Shown one piece after another: positions 63,362 through 64,000 of a stretch of 64,000 nt of DNA; position 1 is the first letter of the stretch, and each line of letters begins with the position of its first letter. Source of the stretch: Callorhinchus milii (Eukaryota); the NCBI RefSeq assembly GCF_018977255.1, contig NW_024704743.1, positions 5,582,001 to 5,646,000 on the forward strand. The letters run 5' to 3'. Under the pieces are notes generated by a model. The model ran no database searches. It had not been told where the DNA came from and saw only the letters and a list, made by a program, of their open reading frames with translations. A program made the translations under genes and the position numbers.

Positions 63362-63525
63362 AATCAGCCAAGTTGCCTGTGCTGTCATCAGCAGTGCCCT
63401 GGAGTACTGTGGACCCTTCTGGCTCAGGAACTGGACTACCGAGACCACCACAGAGTGTTGTCGCAATTCTGACATTGTCAATCATGTCACCTTGGAGCCA
63501 GATCACTTATCTTCCCTGCCACCTC
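63362..63525 (-). repeat. Unclassified repeat family X
   Basis: CAGCAGTGCCCTGGAGTACTG...GGCTCAGGAACT...CATGTCACCTTGGAGCCAG matches 16466-16570. Confidence 0.75.
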
Positions 63526-63729
63526 CCCCCCCACAAGGGAAATAATGGTTCCACAAACCGGCTCTGAAATGTTGTGATCAACAGGACATCAACTGGGAGA
63601 TATTAAGGGGTTTGGTGAAAGGACAGACAATTGGGTTAAAAATATGACAAAATCTAATAAACTGGCTGAACAGGATTGATGGGCTAAATGGTCTCTTCCT
63701 GATCCTGTTTTTCTATGGTCCTAAGGGAT

Positions 63730-63875
63730 TTTTTTTGTCAGCCTGGTGTCTGACATGTCCAGAAACTTATCACCATGCGAATGAGTATCTAAACCAAACT
63801 GAGAATGCCTCATATGTATGCCACCTACACACTGAAAGGTCCCCGAGTCAGGACTGGAAAGCGCACTCTCTCCCT
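63730..63875 (-). repeat. Unclassified repeat family X (distal part)
   Basis: GTCAGCCTGGTGTCTGACA...GAGTATC...CATATGTATGCCACCTACA...CACTCTCTCCC matches the reverse complement of 6586-6725. Confidence 0.7.
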
Positions 63876-64000
63876 GTTCTATGTGACATCAGTAAGAGTG
63901 AAATGTCCAACAAAGTGCTATTTATTTCCAGCGATAATTATGGAATCAAATGATGCCTTTTTCGCCCCCGAGTCATCCCCTCCGCTCCCGCCCTGGAGTT

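Overview
This is a repeat-rich vertebrate genomic window, not a prokaryotic one. The repeat content (Deu-domain tRNA SINEs, abundant L2 and CR1 LINE fragments, a shark-type Penelope fragment) suggests a cartilaginous fish, possibly a chimaera; this assignment is inference. The only host gene is on the + strand: the first 8 coding exons of myosin IIIA (MYO3A), at 4297-4464, 6915-7049, 29286-29390, 29625-29724, 45693-45769, 47813-47958, 53302-53367 and 57452-57607. They total 953 nt (317 codons plus 2 nt), all introns are GT-AG and all phases are compatible. They encode the complete STE20-like N-terminal kinase domain; the motor domain lies beyond the window. The rest is intron filled with two tRNA-SINE families that share one L2-type 3' tail, decayed L2 and CR1 fragments, and an unclassified structured repeat. 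Highlights: a minimal Penelope-type hammerhead ribozyme (minus strand, ~25804-25840); three CpG-type substitutions at normally conserved kinase residues, two of them in the activation loop; a TATA box plus splice donor that could be an internal promoter for a kinase-truncated isoform; a covarying SINE/LINE 3' stem-loop; and several nested, tail-only or templated insertions. Nearly all entries in the supplied ORF track are spurious or repeat-derived. Repeat boundaries are approximate and read by eye; family names and orthologue comparisons come from memory, not from a database search.
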